Shown: positions 12,318 to 24,274, counted from the stretch's first letter. The stretch is 33,135 nt of DNA from Octopus bimaculoides (GCF_001194135.2 NC_068987.1:107545595-107578729); one strand, 5' to 3'. Translations and numbers: made by a program. The notes: generated from the letters alone by a model not told the origin.

Positions 12318-12999
12318 NNNNNNNNNNNNNNNNNNNNNNNNNNNNNNNNNNNNNNNNNNNNNNNNNNNNNNNNNNNNNNNNNNNNNNNNNNNNNNNNNNN
12401 NNNNNNNNNNNNNNNNNNNNNNNNNNNNNNNNNNNNNNNNNNNNNNNNNNNNNNNNNNNNNNNNNNNNNNNNNNNNNNNNNNNNNNNNNNNNNNNNNNNN
12501 NNNNNNNNNNNNNNNNNNNNNNNNNNNNNNNNNNNNNNNNNNNNNNNNNNNNNNNNNNNNNNNNNNNNNNNNNNNNNNNNNNNNNNNNNNNNNNNNNNNN
12601 NNNNNNNNNNNNNNNNNNNNNNNNNNNNNNNNNNNNNNNNNNNNNNNNNNNNNNNNNNNNNNNNNNNNNNNNNNNNNNNNNNNNNNNNNNNNNNNNNNNN
12701 NNNNNNNNNNNNNNNNNNNNNNNNNNNNNNNNNNNNNNNNNNNNNNNNNNNNNNNNNNNNNNNNNNNNNNNNNNNNNNNNNNNNNNNNNNNNNNNNNNNN
12801 NNNNNNNNNNNNNNNNNNNNNNNNNNNNNNNNNNNNNNNNNNNNNNNNNNNNNNNNNNNNNNNNNNNNNNNNNNNNNNNNNNNNNNNNNNNNNNNNNNNN
12901 NNNNNNNNNNNNNNNNNNNNNNNNNNNNNNNNNNNNNNNNNNNNNNNNNNNNNNNNNNNNNNNNNNNNNNNNNNNNNNNNNNNNNNNNNNNNNNNNNNN

Positions 13000-13040
<41 letters not shown>

Positions 13041-13267
13041 GAGATTCATATGCCAACAGACAGTGAATAAATGATGATTATGATTCAATAATTTTACCCA
13101 AAATACTGTCTCATCTTTCGAAGATATCTTGAAGTAAAACAAATTCACATTTCCTGAAAATACCATACCACAATAAAATCCGTGGAAAATATCATCCTGT
13201 TAACTTTGTCTTAACCAGTACTGAAAGTACACGCACACAAGGTAAATTATTTTAAGTAACTAATCAT

Positions 13268-13804
13268 TTCTAATATGGGCACAAGGCAGGGAATGCTGGT
13301 ACTTATTGTATCGATCCGGAAAGGGTGAAAGGCAAAAGAGATTTTCGCTAAGTTTGAACTTGGGAGGTCGGTTGGCACTCCGTCGGGTACGACGATGAGG
13401 GTTCCAGTTGATCTGATCAACGGAACAGCCTGCTCGTGAAATTAGCGTGCCACAGACACGTGTACCCTTAACGTAGTTCTCGAGGAGATTCAGCGTGTCA
13501 AGGCTGGCCCTTTGAAATACAGGTACAACAGAAGGAGGAAGAATGAATGAGAGAAAGTTGTGGTGAAAGAGTACAGCAGGGTACGCCACCATCCCCTGCC
13601 GGAGCCTTGTGGAACTATTAGGTGTATTCGCTCAATAAACACTCACAACGCTCGGTCTGGGAATCGAAACCGCGATTCTACGACCGCGAGTACGCTGCCC
13701 TAACCACTGGGCCATTGCGCCTCCACGAACACGGGAGGTAAAGCCGGAAGAACTGTCACTAGGTAATTTTCTCACCGTAGTAACGATTTTACAAGCTCGC
13801 GCTT
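13268..13804 (-). mobile_element. SINE family B (host), split by a nested insertion
   Basis: 13268-13368 (CTGGTACTTATTGTATCGATCCGGAAAGGGTGAAAGGCAAA ... TTTGAAC) continues at 13727-13804 (GTAAAGCCGGAAGAA ... TAACGATTTTACAAGCTCGC). Confidence 0.75.
13372..13726 (-). mobile_element. tRNA-derived SINE family C, near full length
   Basis: The reverse strand begins GTGGAGGCGCAATGGCCCAGTGGTTAGGGCAG (A box) ... GGTTTCGATTCCC (B box). Flanked by a probable TSD GAACTTGGGAGGT / GAACACGGGAGGT. Confidence 0.9.
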
Positions 13805-13809
13805 AAAGG

Positions 13810-14002
13810 TTTCAAAATTTAGCGCAGGATCAGCAGTTTTGAGGGAAGGGAATTACATGAACGCTGATGCCTATTCTTTCAACTCCGAAAGGAGGAAAGG
13901 CAAAGTCACCCTCAGTGGAATCTTAATTTAGAACCTGAGGTCGGGAGAAATGCCGCGAATTATTTTGTCCTGCATGCTAACGATTCTTCCTACTTGCTAG
14001 CT
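13810..14002 (-). mobile_element. SINE family B, decayed
   Basis: CCGAAAGGAGGAAAGGCAAAGTCACCCTCAGTGGAAT ... ATGCTAACGATTCT. Confidence 0.7.
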
Positions 14003-14145
14003 TTAAGTTAATTATAATGCATATGTGAGAATAAGTGCGTGTGTTAATATATATAAATAAGTATATTTAGTGTATGGATTTCTATTTTCATTGGGTGTCT
14101 ATGCGTGTATACATATAACTAATACAGCATTATAAATGCTAATGT

Positions 14146-14305
14146 GACAAGCTGTCAGAATGCTTAGGCCGGGCAAAAAACTTAGGGCCGTTTCGTCTGC
14201 CTTTACGTTTAAAGTTCAACTTCCCCCAGGTCGACTTTACCCTTTTATCCTTTCGGGAATGATTAAATAAGTACCAGTTGCTGGCCTTGTGGCAAAAATT
14301 GAAAC
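14146..14305 (+). mobile_element. SINE family B, decayed
   Basis: TTTCGTCTGCCTTTACGTT ... GGTCGACTTTACCCTTTTATCCTTTCGGGAATGATTAAATAAGTACCAGTT. Confidence 0.7.
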
Positions 14306-16755
14306 TGATATAGCTTGTAAATGTTGATCTTCTAAGTGACAATATACGAGACTTTCGGTCAGGAAACATAATTTGAAGAGGCTATAGCGAATTTTAAATA
14401 CATATTTAGGATAATTGATAATTTAATTCAAACCCATTGATGCATGAATCGAAATAAATGTTATATAATCATTCAGTTTGAGACAGGGAATAAAGACATA
14501 TGTAGTTTTAGTACGTATTTGTGTAGTACTTTCTAAGCTAACCTAGAACAAGCAGACATACATTCACAATGCTGTATTGTATACGCATTAAAATAAACTA
14601 ATACATAAACACACAAACGCATAAACGTACGTATTTTTATTTTGATGATAGATGCATCAGAGGAGGACAGATGAGATCTAACACTCTCTCTCATACCAAA
14701 ATGAGAAAAATAAAACGAATAAGAACTAGACACAAAAAAATATAGACAACCAATATTGTCAATCTGTTTAAATAAAGGAAGTGCTGCTATTATTTCTAGT
14801 AGAAGTCTCTTTTACTTTTACAACCAACCACTAAAGCAGACTAGTAAAACTAAAGTGCTTTCTGTTTTTAGAAAAATCCGTCCAATTCAAAGAAATGATT
14901 TTTCTGTTTTCCTCGTCATTTTTCTTTTTCTTTTTTCTTTTTTTTCCCTGCAAATGACTATTCTATCTTCACGACATTAAAACGTGTGTAGTTCTGAGTA
15001 GAGAGAAAAAGTGAAGGTAAGTGAAAAACGTAATGAAACTCCAAGGGAAAAAAAAATATAAAAACCATTACAAACAAACGTTATACCTAACAAAACTAAT
15101 TTCATTCAGCGATATAAAGAACGCCAATAAAAATACAATAGTTCTTACGGTTTTATTTTATTTCATGATAGGATATTTTTCATTTACTCTTCTTTAGTTG
15201 CTGTTTGTTGTGCTTGTAGTTCACATGTTTGTTGTAGATTTTCTAGTTATTGTTGATAATGTTGTTGTTATCGTGTGCATCTTTTAATTTTAGATGTTCT
15301 ATGTTCTTTCAGTATTATTTGAAGCTCGTTTCTTCAATTCTGTTTTCCAGTTTTCATATATATATGTATGCATATACGTATATACATACACACATTTGTA
15401 TATATATATATATATATATATATNNNNNNNNNNNNNNNNNNNNNNNNNNNNNNNNNNNNNNNNNNNNNNNNNNNNNNNNNNNNNNNNNNNNNNNNNNNNN
15501 NNNNNNNNNNNNNNNNNNNNNNNNNNNNNNNNNNNNNNNNNNNNNNNNNNNNNNNNNNNNNNNNNNNNNNNNNNNNNNNNNNNNNNNNNNNNNNNNNNNN
15601 NNNNNNNNNNNNNNNNNNNNNNNNNNNNNNNNNNNNNNNNNNNNNNNNNNNNNTTTATTTATATAATTATTTATATCAATGGCCACCTGTATATATATAT
15701 ATATATGTCTCTCTGTGTGTGTGTGTGTATACATATATATATGGATTGATATATGTGTATGTGGGTGTATATACGTATATACGTGTCCATGTGCATATAT
15801 ATATGTGCACACACACATATATATATATGTATTTATGTATACATGCATGCATGCATGAATGTATGTATGTATGTATCTATACAAACAGACCGAGAGAAAA
15901 ACTTGAGATTAAAAATAGGACAGTAGTTTGAAGATACAAACAGGAGAGCCATATAGATGGTTCGGTTGATAGATATGTAGTTAGAATTGTATACTGACAA
16001 TCTACATTAAATGCTAGACATATACACATAAGCTTGCTAATATTGGAAGATATCTTTAGACAAGGGCTCTGCCAGTTATTATTGGATCTGGTGCAATTTA
16101 ACACTTCCACTGGTAATATCAATATACGTTCCAAAACTGGAAGAGAAAGCAACATAGATTAAAGAACTGCAACACACACACACACAAACACACACACACG
16201 CACATACACACACATAACGCATGCGCATACTAGCACAAACATGCAGACACACGTATATAAGATATATCTACATAACGGTGTATGTATTTACACACACAAA
16301 CACACACACACACATCAGATACATATGTCTGAGTGTGTGTATATATGTTGTGTAAGACAGTAAACATTTGAAGACAGCGAAATTTATAACGAGACGACCA
16401 TGTTTCTTGTTACATCGTCGCAGCATCTGTTGATGTGTTGTTCTTTTCGTCGTTTTTAAACTCCAGTTCCGATGTGAAATATCTGACACATGCTGGAGGA
16501 GTTTCAGATTTGCCAATATTATGTCACATTATGATTTCGTGTGTTTAGGAATTTAATCTTTCTGTATACTCTAAAACATTTTTCAATAAATTCTTATATA
16601 TTTCGTTTTGGATTTGGTTTGCAAGATTCTTTATGTGAGTTCGCGTGTTGAAGCACAATCTGTTGTGTCTGGCGAGAGTCATTCTCTTTAAGAACCTCAT
16701 AATTTTTTTCGGAAGTCTGTATGGCATCTATTAATTAGTATTAGTATTATTTAAT

Positions 16756-17040
16756 GTGCGGAGGCGCAATGGCCCAGTGGTTAAGGCAGCAGACTTGCGG
16801 TCGGTGGATCGCGGTTTCGATTCCCTGACCAGGCGTTGTGTGTATTTATCGAGCGAAAACACCTAAAGCTCCACGAGGCTCCGGCAGGGGGTGGTGGTGA
16901 CCCCTATAGTACACTTTCGCCCCATCTTTCTCCCACACTTTCTTCCTGTTTCTTGGGTAACGCTGCGATGGACTGGAGTCCTGTCTAGCTGGGGGGGGGG
17001 GACACATAGAAACAGAGAAACTGGGCCCATGAGTCTGGCT
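16756..17040 (+). mobile_element. tRNA-derived SINE with family C head and a different 3' body
   Basis: A box TGGCCCAGTGG and B box GTTTCGATTCC. Matches family C to TTTCTTCCTGTTTCT (about 16952), then diverges (GGGTAACGCTGCGATGGACTGG...). Ends at a gap. Confidence 0.85.
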
Positions 17041-17163
17041 NNNNNNNNNNNNNNNNNNNNNNNNNNNNNNNNNNNNNNNNNNNNNNNNNNNNNNNNNNNN
17101 NNNNNNNNNNNNNNNNNNNNNNNNNNNNNNNNNNNNNNNNNNNNNNNNNNNNNNNNNNNNNNN

Positions 17164-17215
<52 letters not shown>

Positions 17216-17907
17216 TAAATATTCAAATGAATATTTGTATAAATATTATTATTATTGTTGTTGTTACTATTATTATTATTATTATCATTTTCGTTAGCAT
17301 GTTTCTATTTCTTGTTGAGTGTCTATCTGACACCGAGGACAGAGAAACGTACTCTATACATTGGTAGGCCATTAAAACAAGCACACCAGATCGTTCATTT
17401 ACAGAGTCATGTGATAGAGAAAGAGCCGGAGACAAAGGGAAAATGAAAAAATAGAGAATAGAAGAGTCAACAAATAAAATAAAGGGGGAAAAACGAAAGA
17501 AAATTCACAGCGACAATGGTCTTCTCAACACATGTGACCTACCAGTTAAGACAATCTTTTGCACTTCCTACATGGATGGTAAGCCAGGGATCATTCTTAA
17601 ATAATCTTCAGTTTCTTTTTTGATCATTCAAAGTGCTCCTACAATTGTTGTTAGAATATCCGCTTCAATTAAGTTAAAATCGGTTATTTGCATTGCCATC
17701 AAGTCGTATTAATTGTAATAACGGATTCAACCTACATAGTGATATTTTTATGCGTTTCATGTTTGCTTGATATATAACAGGAAATATATCCGTTATCTAA
17801 ACTATCCTCAGAGGCAGGATTTATGTATCCGATGCATTTCCTATCATATATTACGCACACAAAGATTTTCAAAAATATTACTATTTGCTTTGACTTCATT
17901 ATTAAAA

Positions 17908-17944
<37 letters not shown>

Positions 17945-18007
17945 GGTGTGTGTGTGCGTGCGTGCGTGAGTCTGTGCACATCGTGACCTTTCGTGTTTTT
18001 CTTTATG

Positions 18008-18382
18008 TTATAACCTCTACCTTAGCGAAGGCGGAGTTATTGTTTGCAGTCTTGTTTGATTGTTTGTTTGTTTGTCCATGAACAAGATATCTCAAGAACC
18101 GCTAGATGTATTCGGATGAAACTTTCAAGGATGTTTGGCCTCGTGACTGACGCGAACAGATTAGATTTGGGATGGATCCGGTACTGGACAAAGACTTCGG
18201 ACTATTTTCTCCGTTTTGTTTCATTTAATTTTTGAGAGCGGTCAGGTTTATTTTTAATATTCTCGTTTGTGAGAGCAGTCGAGTTTATTTCAGATATTCT
18301 CATTTTATAAATCATCTCTGGCTAATCGGTGAGAGGACGTTGGTTTTGCCGTGGCGGAGATTTGCGCTGAGTGCTCATGTTT
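18008..18382 (+). mobile_element. Helentron-associated non-autonomous element (HINE/DINE-1-like)
   Basis: 5' ACCTCTACC with short inverted partner GGCGGAG, a (GTTT)n tract, a core like 'GATATCTCAAGAACCGCT..GATGAAACTTT', a 3' subTIR GGCGGAGAT followed by a GCGCTGAGTGC stem-loop remnant, and T-rich ends. This matches known HINE architecture. Confidence 0.75.
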
Positions 18383-18539
18383 GATATTTTGATGTTAAAA
18401 AGACTTAATAAATTGTTACTCAGATTATCAAAAAGGGTGAGATAAGTTTATAGTAATACGATGCTTTTCTAATATTTTTAAATGGTTAATGATCATTTAG
18501 AAACTCATCAGTTAAATTTTTTAAGATGATTGGAGATAG

Positions 18540-19620
18540 GTGATTATTTTTCAAAATAATCGAAGTCTGTTAGAATATGACACTTGACCGTTGACGAAAA
18601 AGATCAAAGTTAAAAAGCTAGTAGAATTTAAATTTATAACCGAATGACATAAATCACCTATATAAATGGAAATAGGTATAACAATTGCAGCTAAGGTAAA
18701 GAGAATAGCTTTTTGGAGATCAAAAGTTGACGGAATATATCATAAAAGATGAAGATTTAAAATGTAAAATAAAGACAAGACGAATAGGTTACATGAAAAC
18801 AAGGGAATAATAAATATAAGAATAAATAATTAGATAAATAAGCTGACGATAAAATAATGGAGTGTGGCATAGAATAGCCGGCGGGAAAGAAGAGAAAAAT
18901 AAAAGGAGAAAAAGAACGCGAGGTAAAAAGGAGAATAAGTAAGAAATAAGAAAAGGAAAAGAAACGGGATGTAGCTCATACGATACTATTAGTTACAATG
19001 TCTATTAAATATGGACAGACAAGTTGAATACATAAAGAGAGGCAGAAGCGACTAGAAAGCATGCCACTGATGGAGAAATTCGATAAATTGAAAGCCAAAG
19101 ATATTATTACTAAAGGGTGCAAAGGAGACGAAAGAAGAAAAAGACACACGGACAGAGAGAGAATAAAAAGAATTATATATAACAAATGGAATCCAATTCC
19201 GAAAATATGCATGGAGATGGAAAAAAAATATATTTGAGGCTGTGGAAGAAATACGAATCCGAATACTTCAGAGTTGAAGTGGTAAGCTTAAATAAAATGA
19301 ACAATAAGATAAATAATACAATAATATAAAATAATATATAATTAATATAATATGATAAATCTGTGTACACCCAATATCCTTGGTGATAAAACTGTATATC
19401 AGAAGATAAAATGAAAAATTTCCAATAAAATTACATAATCAAATGTAACAGTCGGAAGAAAAGAGTTAAATATAACAAAAATAACGAAAATACATCCAAC
19501 ATGTCTAAAGCAACGATAAAAGCAGTGAAACATATGCAGTAGTGATATATTAATATATTAATCGTTCGGTAGAAAGGTTTTCAAATCAGACAATTCGAAG
19601 ACGGCCTACAATTGTCCAAT
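18540..19620 (+). mobile_element. decayed Penelope-like retroelement (RT thumb, linker, start of EN)
   Basis: Frameshifted fragments PND/ITYINGN (about 18638-18675, like PLE 'KPNDxPxYINxxSNHP'), KCNSRKKR (about 19442-19466) and NMSKATIKA (about 19498-19524), in the expected order. Confidence 0.45.
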
Positions 19621-19689
19621 ATTTCAGTTTTATAGTTCAAAGCTGATTTCTGTTGAAAGAGGTTGAAGACTTTTGGTAGCAGAGAGTGT

Positions 19690-20450
19690 ATGCAGATTGA
19701 GTAACTCGGCAGTTGACAAAGGATTTGATGGAGAGAAGGGAAGTAATATTCTGTAATCTGCTGGAATCGTTTGAAACCAATGAAAATCTATTTGTTTCTC
19801 CTCTGGTGACAGGGTATAAGAAATGGTCGTCATTTTATGATAGGAAAATGGAAGATTGCTCTATGATTGACTTTTTGGTATATGGCTACACTGTGAACAA
19901 CGACTAAAAAAGCTCAGAAATGCTACTAGGTAGAAGACATTAATGCTACTAGGGAGAAGACATTAATAAGAATGTTTTAAAAGATACACATTTTCCATGA
20001 ATATCCGCGTCAAGAAGAGTGTAATTGAACGTTGTCTGACTTTGGGTAAAGGAAATACAGGAGGATCATTTAATTATGGTTTTATTCAACATATTTCCCT
20101 CTGAAATTCACATGCCTAATGAAGCGGTCTTTCAGCTTTTCTAAACTCTGTAACAGAACTCAGAACGTTGGGCCTCCAGCCAGACCTTTCACGATACCAT
20201 TATAACCAGGAACTTTTCAACAGCCCGTCATACATAATTGACCAAAACAAAAAATCGGAAATTTGGGTACGCCAGTGGTCTGCTGCATACACTGGACGAT
20301 CTAAATTTGTTGTCCGTCGACTTTCAACTGTTCGGTCGTCGTGAGACAGTCTTCATTAAAAAGGAAGCGAATATTACTGCGAAGAAGTGGGTACGGCATT
20401 GGCAACATTTTGTTTTAAATACCGTTCGAAAGTCTGGTTTAACAATAGTG
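19690..20450 (+). pseudogene. mariner transposase relic (catalytic half)
   Basis: LTKDLMERREVIFCNLLESFETNENLFVSPLVTGYKKW resembles 'LTxxQ..RR..FL.RIVTGDEKW'. LLHTLDDLNLLSVDFQLFG resembles 'HPPYSPDLAPSDFHLFG'. Heavily decayed. Confidence 0.6.
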
Positions 20451-20583
20451 TAAAAGCATCGTTCGTTCAGAAGGACTTTTGTAGAGAGTAAGGTTACAAA
20501 CGCCTTATATATATGTTCACACACACAGGCACACTCACACACACACAGACACTCTCACAGACACACTTGCACACACACACTCG

Positions 20584-20626
<43 letters not shown>

Positions 20627-21269
20627 CATGCAGGTAAGGAAATAATCCAAGTTGTTTGATCTTAACGCATTGCCCACCATGGGCCCCATTCGTGGATCTG
20701 CTAAAAACAGTCTCACTGCCGGTTGGTTGTTGTATTTAAAGTGAACTGCTTATGTATATTGTGTTTGCAGAGGTGTGTTTAACATATCTAGTAGTTAAAG
20801 TTTGTCATTATTTGCTCTGGCTAATTCTAGAAGACACTCTACGTCATAAATCGCAATTTTTGAACTACAAACATATTGACTGTTTTGAAAACACTTTCAC
20901 TTTGGCATTTCTCATCTGTATCATTCATTGATATTTCATACACTTCGCATTTGATACTATAGTTTAAAAAAAAAACTAAAATGTCTAATATTGCAATTGA
21001 AGAGAAAAGGATAAATATGCATTTTTTCAGCGATCCCCATTTAGGACTCTTCGATAAAGTTATCATAATTTTCGAAAGAATTCACATATGAAGAGAATTT
21101 AAATACTATATATTATTTTAACTCCTAAGACACGTGGCAAAGCGAAGAAATACTAAAATAAAGTTTGGCAGTTGATGGATTAATCTTTCAATCCGCTTAC
21201 AAAACCCGAAAAAGAAAAAGAAAAACATTATGCAAAACTGAACTTTCGCCGAATCTCTTAAAAGCATAT

Positions 21270-21620
21270 CACGACGGCAAAATTTACATAAAAGTAAAAT
21301 TTAAAATTCTGTGGAGGTTTTTAATGAGTTCAGGAATAGAATCTTACATGCTGGTGATGCACCAGTCAACAATTCATTCATGATAGCCAACTATTTGTTA
21401 GAAACGGGCATAAATACTCTCCCTCAACCTCATTAAGCTTCAGACTTTACTCCTTGTGTGTTTTGGCTGTTCTCCAACATGAACAAAAGCCCAGAGTGCT
21501 TTCACTTTGGAAGACGTCGAGGGGACCTTCACAAGATGGCTGGATCTCATCGCAAACAGAAGATCCTACGCTGGAGCAGATTAGAGTTTTGTACTCCTAT
21601 GAAGTTAATAAATGTAAATA
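21270..21620 (+). pseudogene. mariner transposase 3' relic
   Basis: HAGDAPVNNSFMIANYLLETGINTLPQPH*ASDFTPCVFWLFSNM resembles 'HQDNAPxH..YL..GI.T.PHPPYSPDLAPCDFWLF'. Then TLEDVEGTFTRWLD. Confidence 0.8.
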
Positions 21621-22236
21621 ATATATATATATATATATATATATANNNNNNNNNNNNNNNNNNNNNNNNNNNNNNNNNNNNNNNNNNNNNNNNNNNNNNN
21701 NNNNNNNNNNNNNNNNNNNNNNNNNNNNNNNNNNNNNNNNNNNNNNNNNNNNNNNNNNNNNNNNNNNNNNNNNNNNNNNNNNNNNNNNNNNNNNNNNNNN
21801 NNNNNNNNNNNNNNNNNNNNNNNNNNNNNNNNNNNNNNNNNNNNNNNNNNNNNNNNNNNNNNNNNATATATATTGATATCTATATTTATATAAAGGCATT
21901 ACAATAGAAGAATGTCTCGCACTAAGCTACCATAATAAACACATTTTTACCGAAAGCTAGGAAATGCAACCTTCAAAAACTGGCCTTTTAAGAACAGACT
22001 GAACTATATATCGAACGATTTCACGATTATTACAACAATATGTAACTTTCGATCAGCATTATAGTATGGTCAAGTTATACAAAAATAAGCAAAAGATTCA
22101 ATATACCAAAACAAACACCCATGTATCCGGCATCGTACATAGAATATTGTTCATCTCTCTCTCTATATATATATCTATGTGTTTATACCAGAATAAAAAT
22201 TCAGCACTGAATATATATATATATATCAATTCTAAT

Positions 22237-22350
22237 AATACATAGAATAATCAATTTATCTTCATAGTCCAGTCAAACTAATAACTTCATTCGTATTGTC
22301 TACGGTGCGTTTTGGGCCATTGCTGTCATTCATATATTTACACTTTTAAA
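22237..22350 (-). repeat. inverted repeat, left arm (pairs with 23894-24020)
   Basis: Contains TCATAGTCCAGTCAAA and CTGTCATTCATATATTTACACTTTTAAA, both exact reverse complements of blocks in the right arm. Confidence 0.9.
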
Positions 22351-22719
22351 TAATATGAGTCAAAAAAGTAATAATTAGATAAATAAATATACATGAATTA
22401 TTAAAAGATCAAAATGACGTCAAGATCAACGATAATATGAGTTACTCGTTAAACGAAGGGAGATAACTCGTAGGTTCTCTCCGGTAAGCTCTAAATATAA
22501 ACATACTGTCTATAAAAAGAAGCAATAAGCATGATATTAAAAACAAAAGTGATAATACATATATAAATATTGATATATAAATATAATGCTAATATTAACT
22601 ATAGCAACAAAAAATATTGAAGATAACACAATAAGAGTATTAGGATATGAAAAGAGAACAATGAGAAAGAGGACAGTAACACAAGTAGTAAACAAACTAA
22701 CGTAAATAGCGTTAGATTA

Positions 22720-23232
22720 ATGGTAAAGTCTCCAAACATATATAATAGATATAATGTGGATAACGCTGAAAGTATAGAATACAAGGGCAACATTATTAAT
22801 AAGGAAACAGCAAGCTCTGCTACAAATAAAACCTGTGATTGCGCTAAAAGAAAACGATGTCGGTTAAATACTTTTAGGAGGGAAAAAGGAGTTATGTATG
22901 GGTGTAAGACTGTATCAGGGGGACAGGATTACTTCTATGCTGGTTCTACGGAAAATTATATAAAAATAAGAAGATCTAATCACGAAAACACCTTTAGGGA
23001 TAGACAAAGAGAGGCTAGCACCAGTCTAAGTAAAACAATTTTGTGGATTAAGGATAAAGGTAAGGACTATACATTTGGGTGGGAAATAATTAGCCGAACA
23101 AAAGCTTGTAGCATTGGGAACAAAAGATGTGAAATTTGCGTCGAAGAAATTTGCCAGATCCTTATCTCAAAATGCAAATTAAGCAACAACAAGAAAGGAA
23201 GAGGACTCAGTTGTGTTCATAAAGTTAAATAG
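22720..23232 (+). CDS. GIY-YIG endonuclease of Penelope-like element type (no RT; ORF open)
   Basis: 170 aa without stop. TCDCAKRKRC zinc-finger-like start, GVMY...YAGST (GIY-YIG), KIRRSNH, STSLSK..IxDKGxDY..WEII, RCEIC..E, NNK and terminal CVH; motif order matches the Cys-rich PLE endonucleases. Expression unknown. Confidence 0.75.
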   Translation: MVKSPNIYNRYNVDNAESIEYKGNIINKETASSATNKTCDCAKRKRCRLNTFRREKGVMYGCKTVSGGQDYFYAGSTENYIKIRRSNHENTFRDRQREASTSLSKTILWIKDKGKDYTFGWEIISRTKACSIGNKRCEICVEEICQILISKCKLSNNKKGRGLSCVHKVK

Positions 23233-23893
23233 AGATGGTTAAATTTAACACCGTGTAAATAATACCTATGAATCGTGCATTTATACTTTAAATTAAGTAG
23301 ACTCATATATATATGTATGAACCCAACCTATCGACTAATATATTAGAATAACTAATTATATTTACTAATAACTAATATATATTTTTTTTAATTGCGTAAG
23401 TAATAGTGCTGATATAAATAAGAAAATAAAAGTAACAATTAGGTACATATCTAGATTATTCTCTCAATAATAAGGGCGTAGAGAAAAATGTTATGGACAT
23501 GCTGTGAAGAAATATGTTATGGACATACTATGAAGAGTATGGGCAGGCTAGTAAGCATAAATAGTTAATCAATTTGGTCAAATGTTTGGAATAAGGACGT
23601 GGTGGAATGTAGAATGGACATACTGGATAGGTTGGAAAGTAGTGGCAAGCTTGTAAACACTTAATCGGCATTACCAAAAAGGTGGAATAATAACATGACC
23701 TAGTTCTTCTGAACTATGCCTCTGCCTTCTCCAGCAAGCTGAAAAAAATCAGCTTTTAGCTATTTTTAGAAAAGAATCCGAGAAGTACATGTTACAATTC
23801 AATCGGTATTAACTCTCCATTCGTTAGTATGTGAAAATTATCACTCAATCTTTGCCCGAAAAGGCTTTTTGCTTTTTCGACTTCATAATGCAC

Positions 23894-24020
23894 TTTAAAA
23901 GTGTAAATATATGAATGACAGAAATCAGAGTAATCAGTCGAAGCGCACCGTAGGCAATATGAATGAACTTGTTAATTTGACTGGACTATGATAATAAATT
24001 GATCACTCCTTGTATGTATT
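23894..24020 (+). repeat. inverted repeat, right arm
   Basis: TTTAAAAGTGTAAATATATGAATGACAG ... CGCACCGTAG ... TTTGACTGGACTATGA ... ATAAATTGAT. Confidence 0.9.
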
Positions 24021-24274
24021 CTCCGTTTTCTTTGAATGTTTAAACATTTTTCTCCTATATCGAAAATGATGAGATATCTACAGCGACAACTGAAATTTAA
24101 GAGGTGCGAAGCACTAATATTGAAGAAGAACCAACAATAAGCACTAGTATACATACACATTAAAGATTTCCAGTATCGTTAATCTACATTAGTGCCGTAC
24201 TGGTGTACGCTTGGATAATACATCCCTAAGAAAGAACAACTTATTTCTATACGGTCATATATATATGTATATAT

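Noticed and set aside
13650-13726. tRNA-like segments here and at 16756-16830 and 25600-25673
   Set aside because: These are SINE heads that continue into SINE bodies, not stand-alone tRNA genes.
14992-15023. Plus-strand acceptor after a long pyrimidine tract followed by AAG|GTAAGT
   Set aside because: The 25-nt segment has stops in all three frames and there is no other support.
16467-16560. FRCEISDTCWRSF peptide after a possible acceptor, vaguely C2H2-like
   Set aside because: Cys/His spacing does not fit a C2H2 finger, there is no TGEKP linker, and a stop follows.
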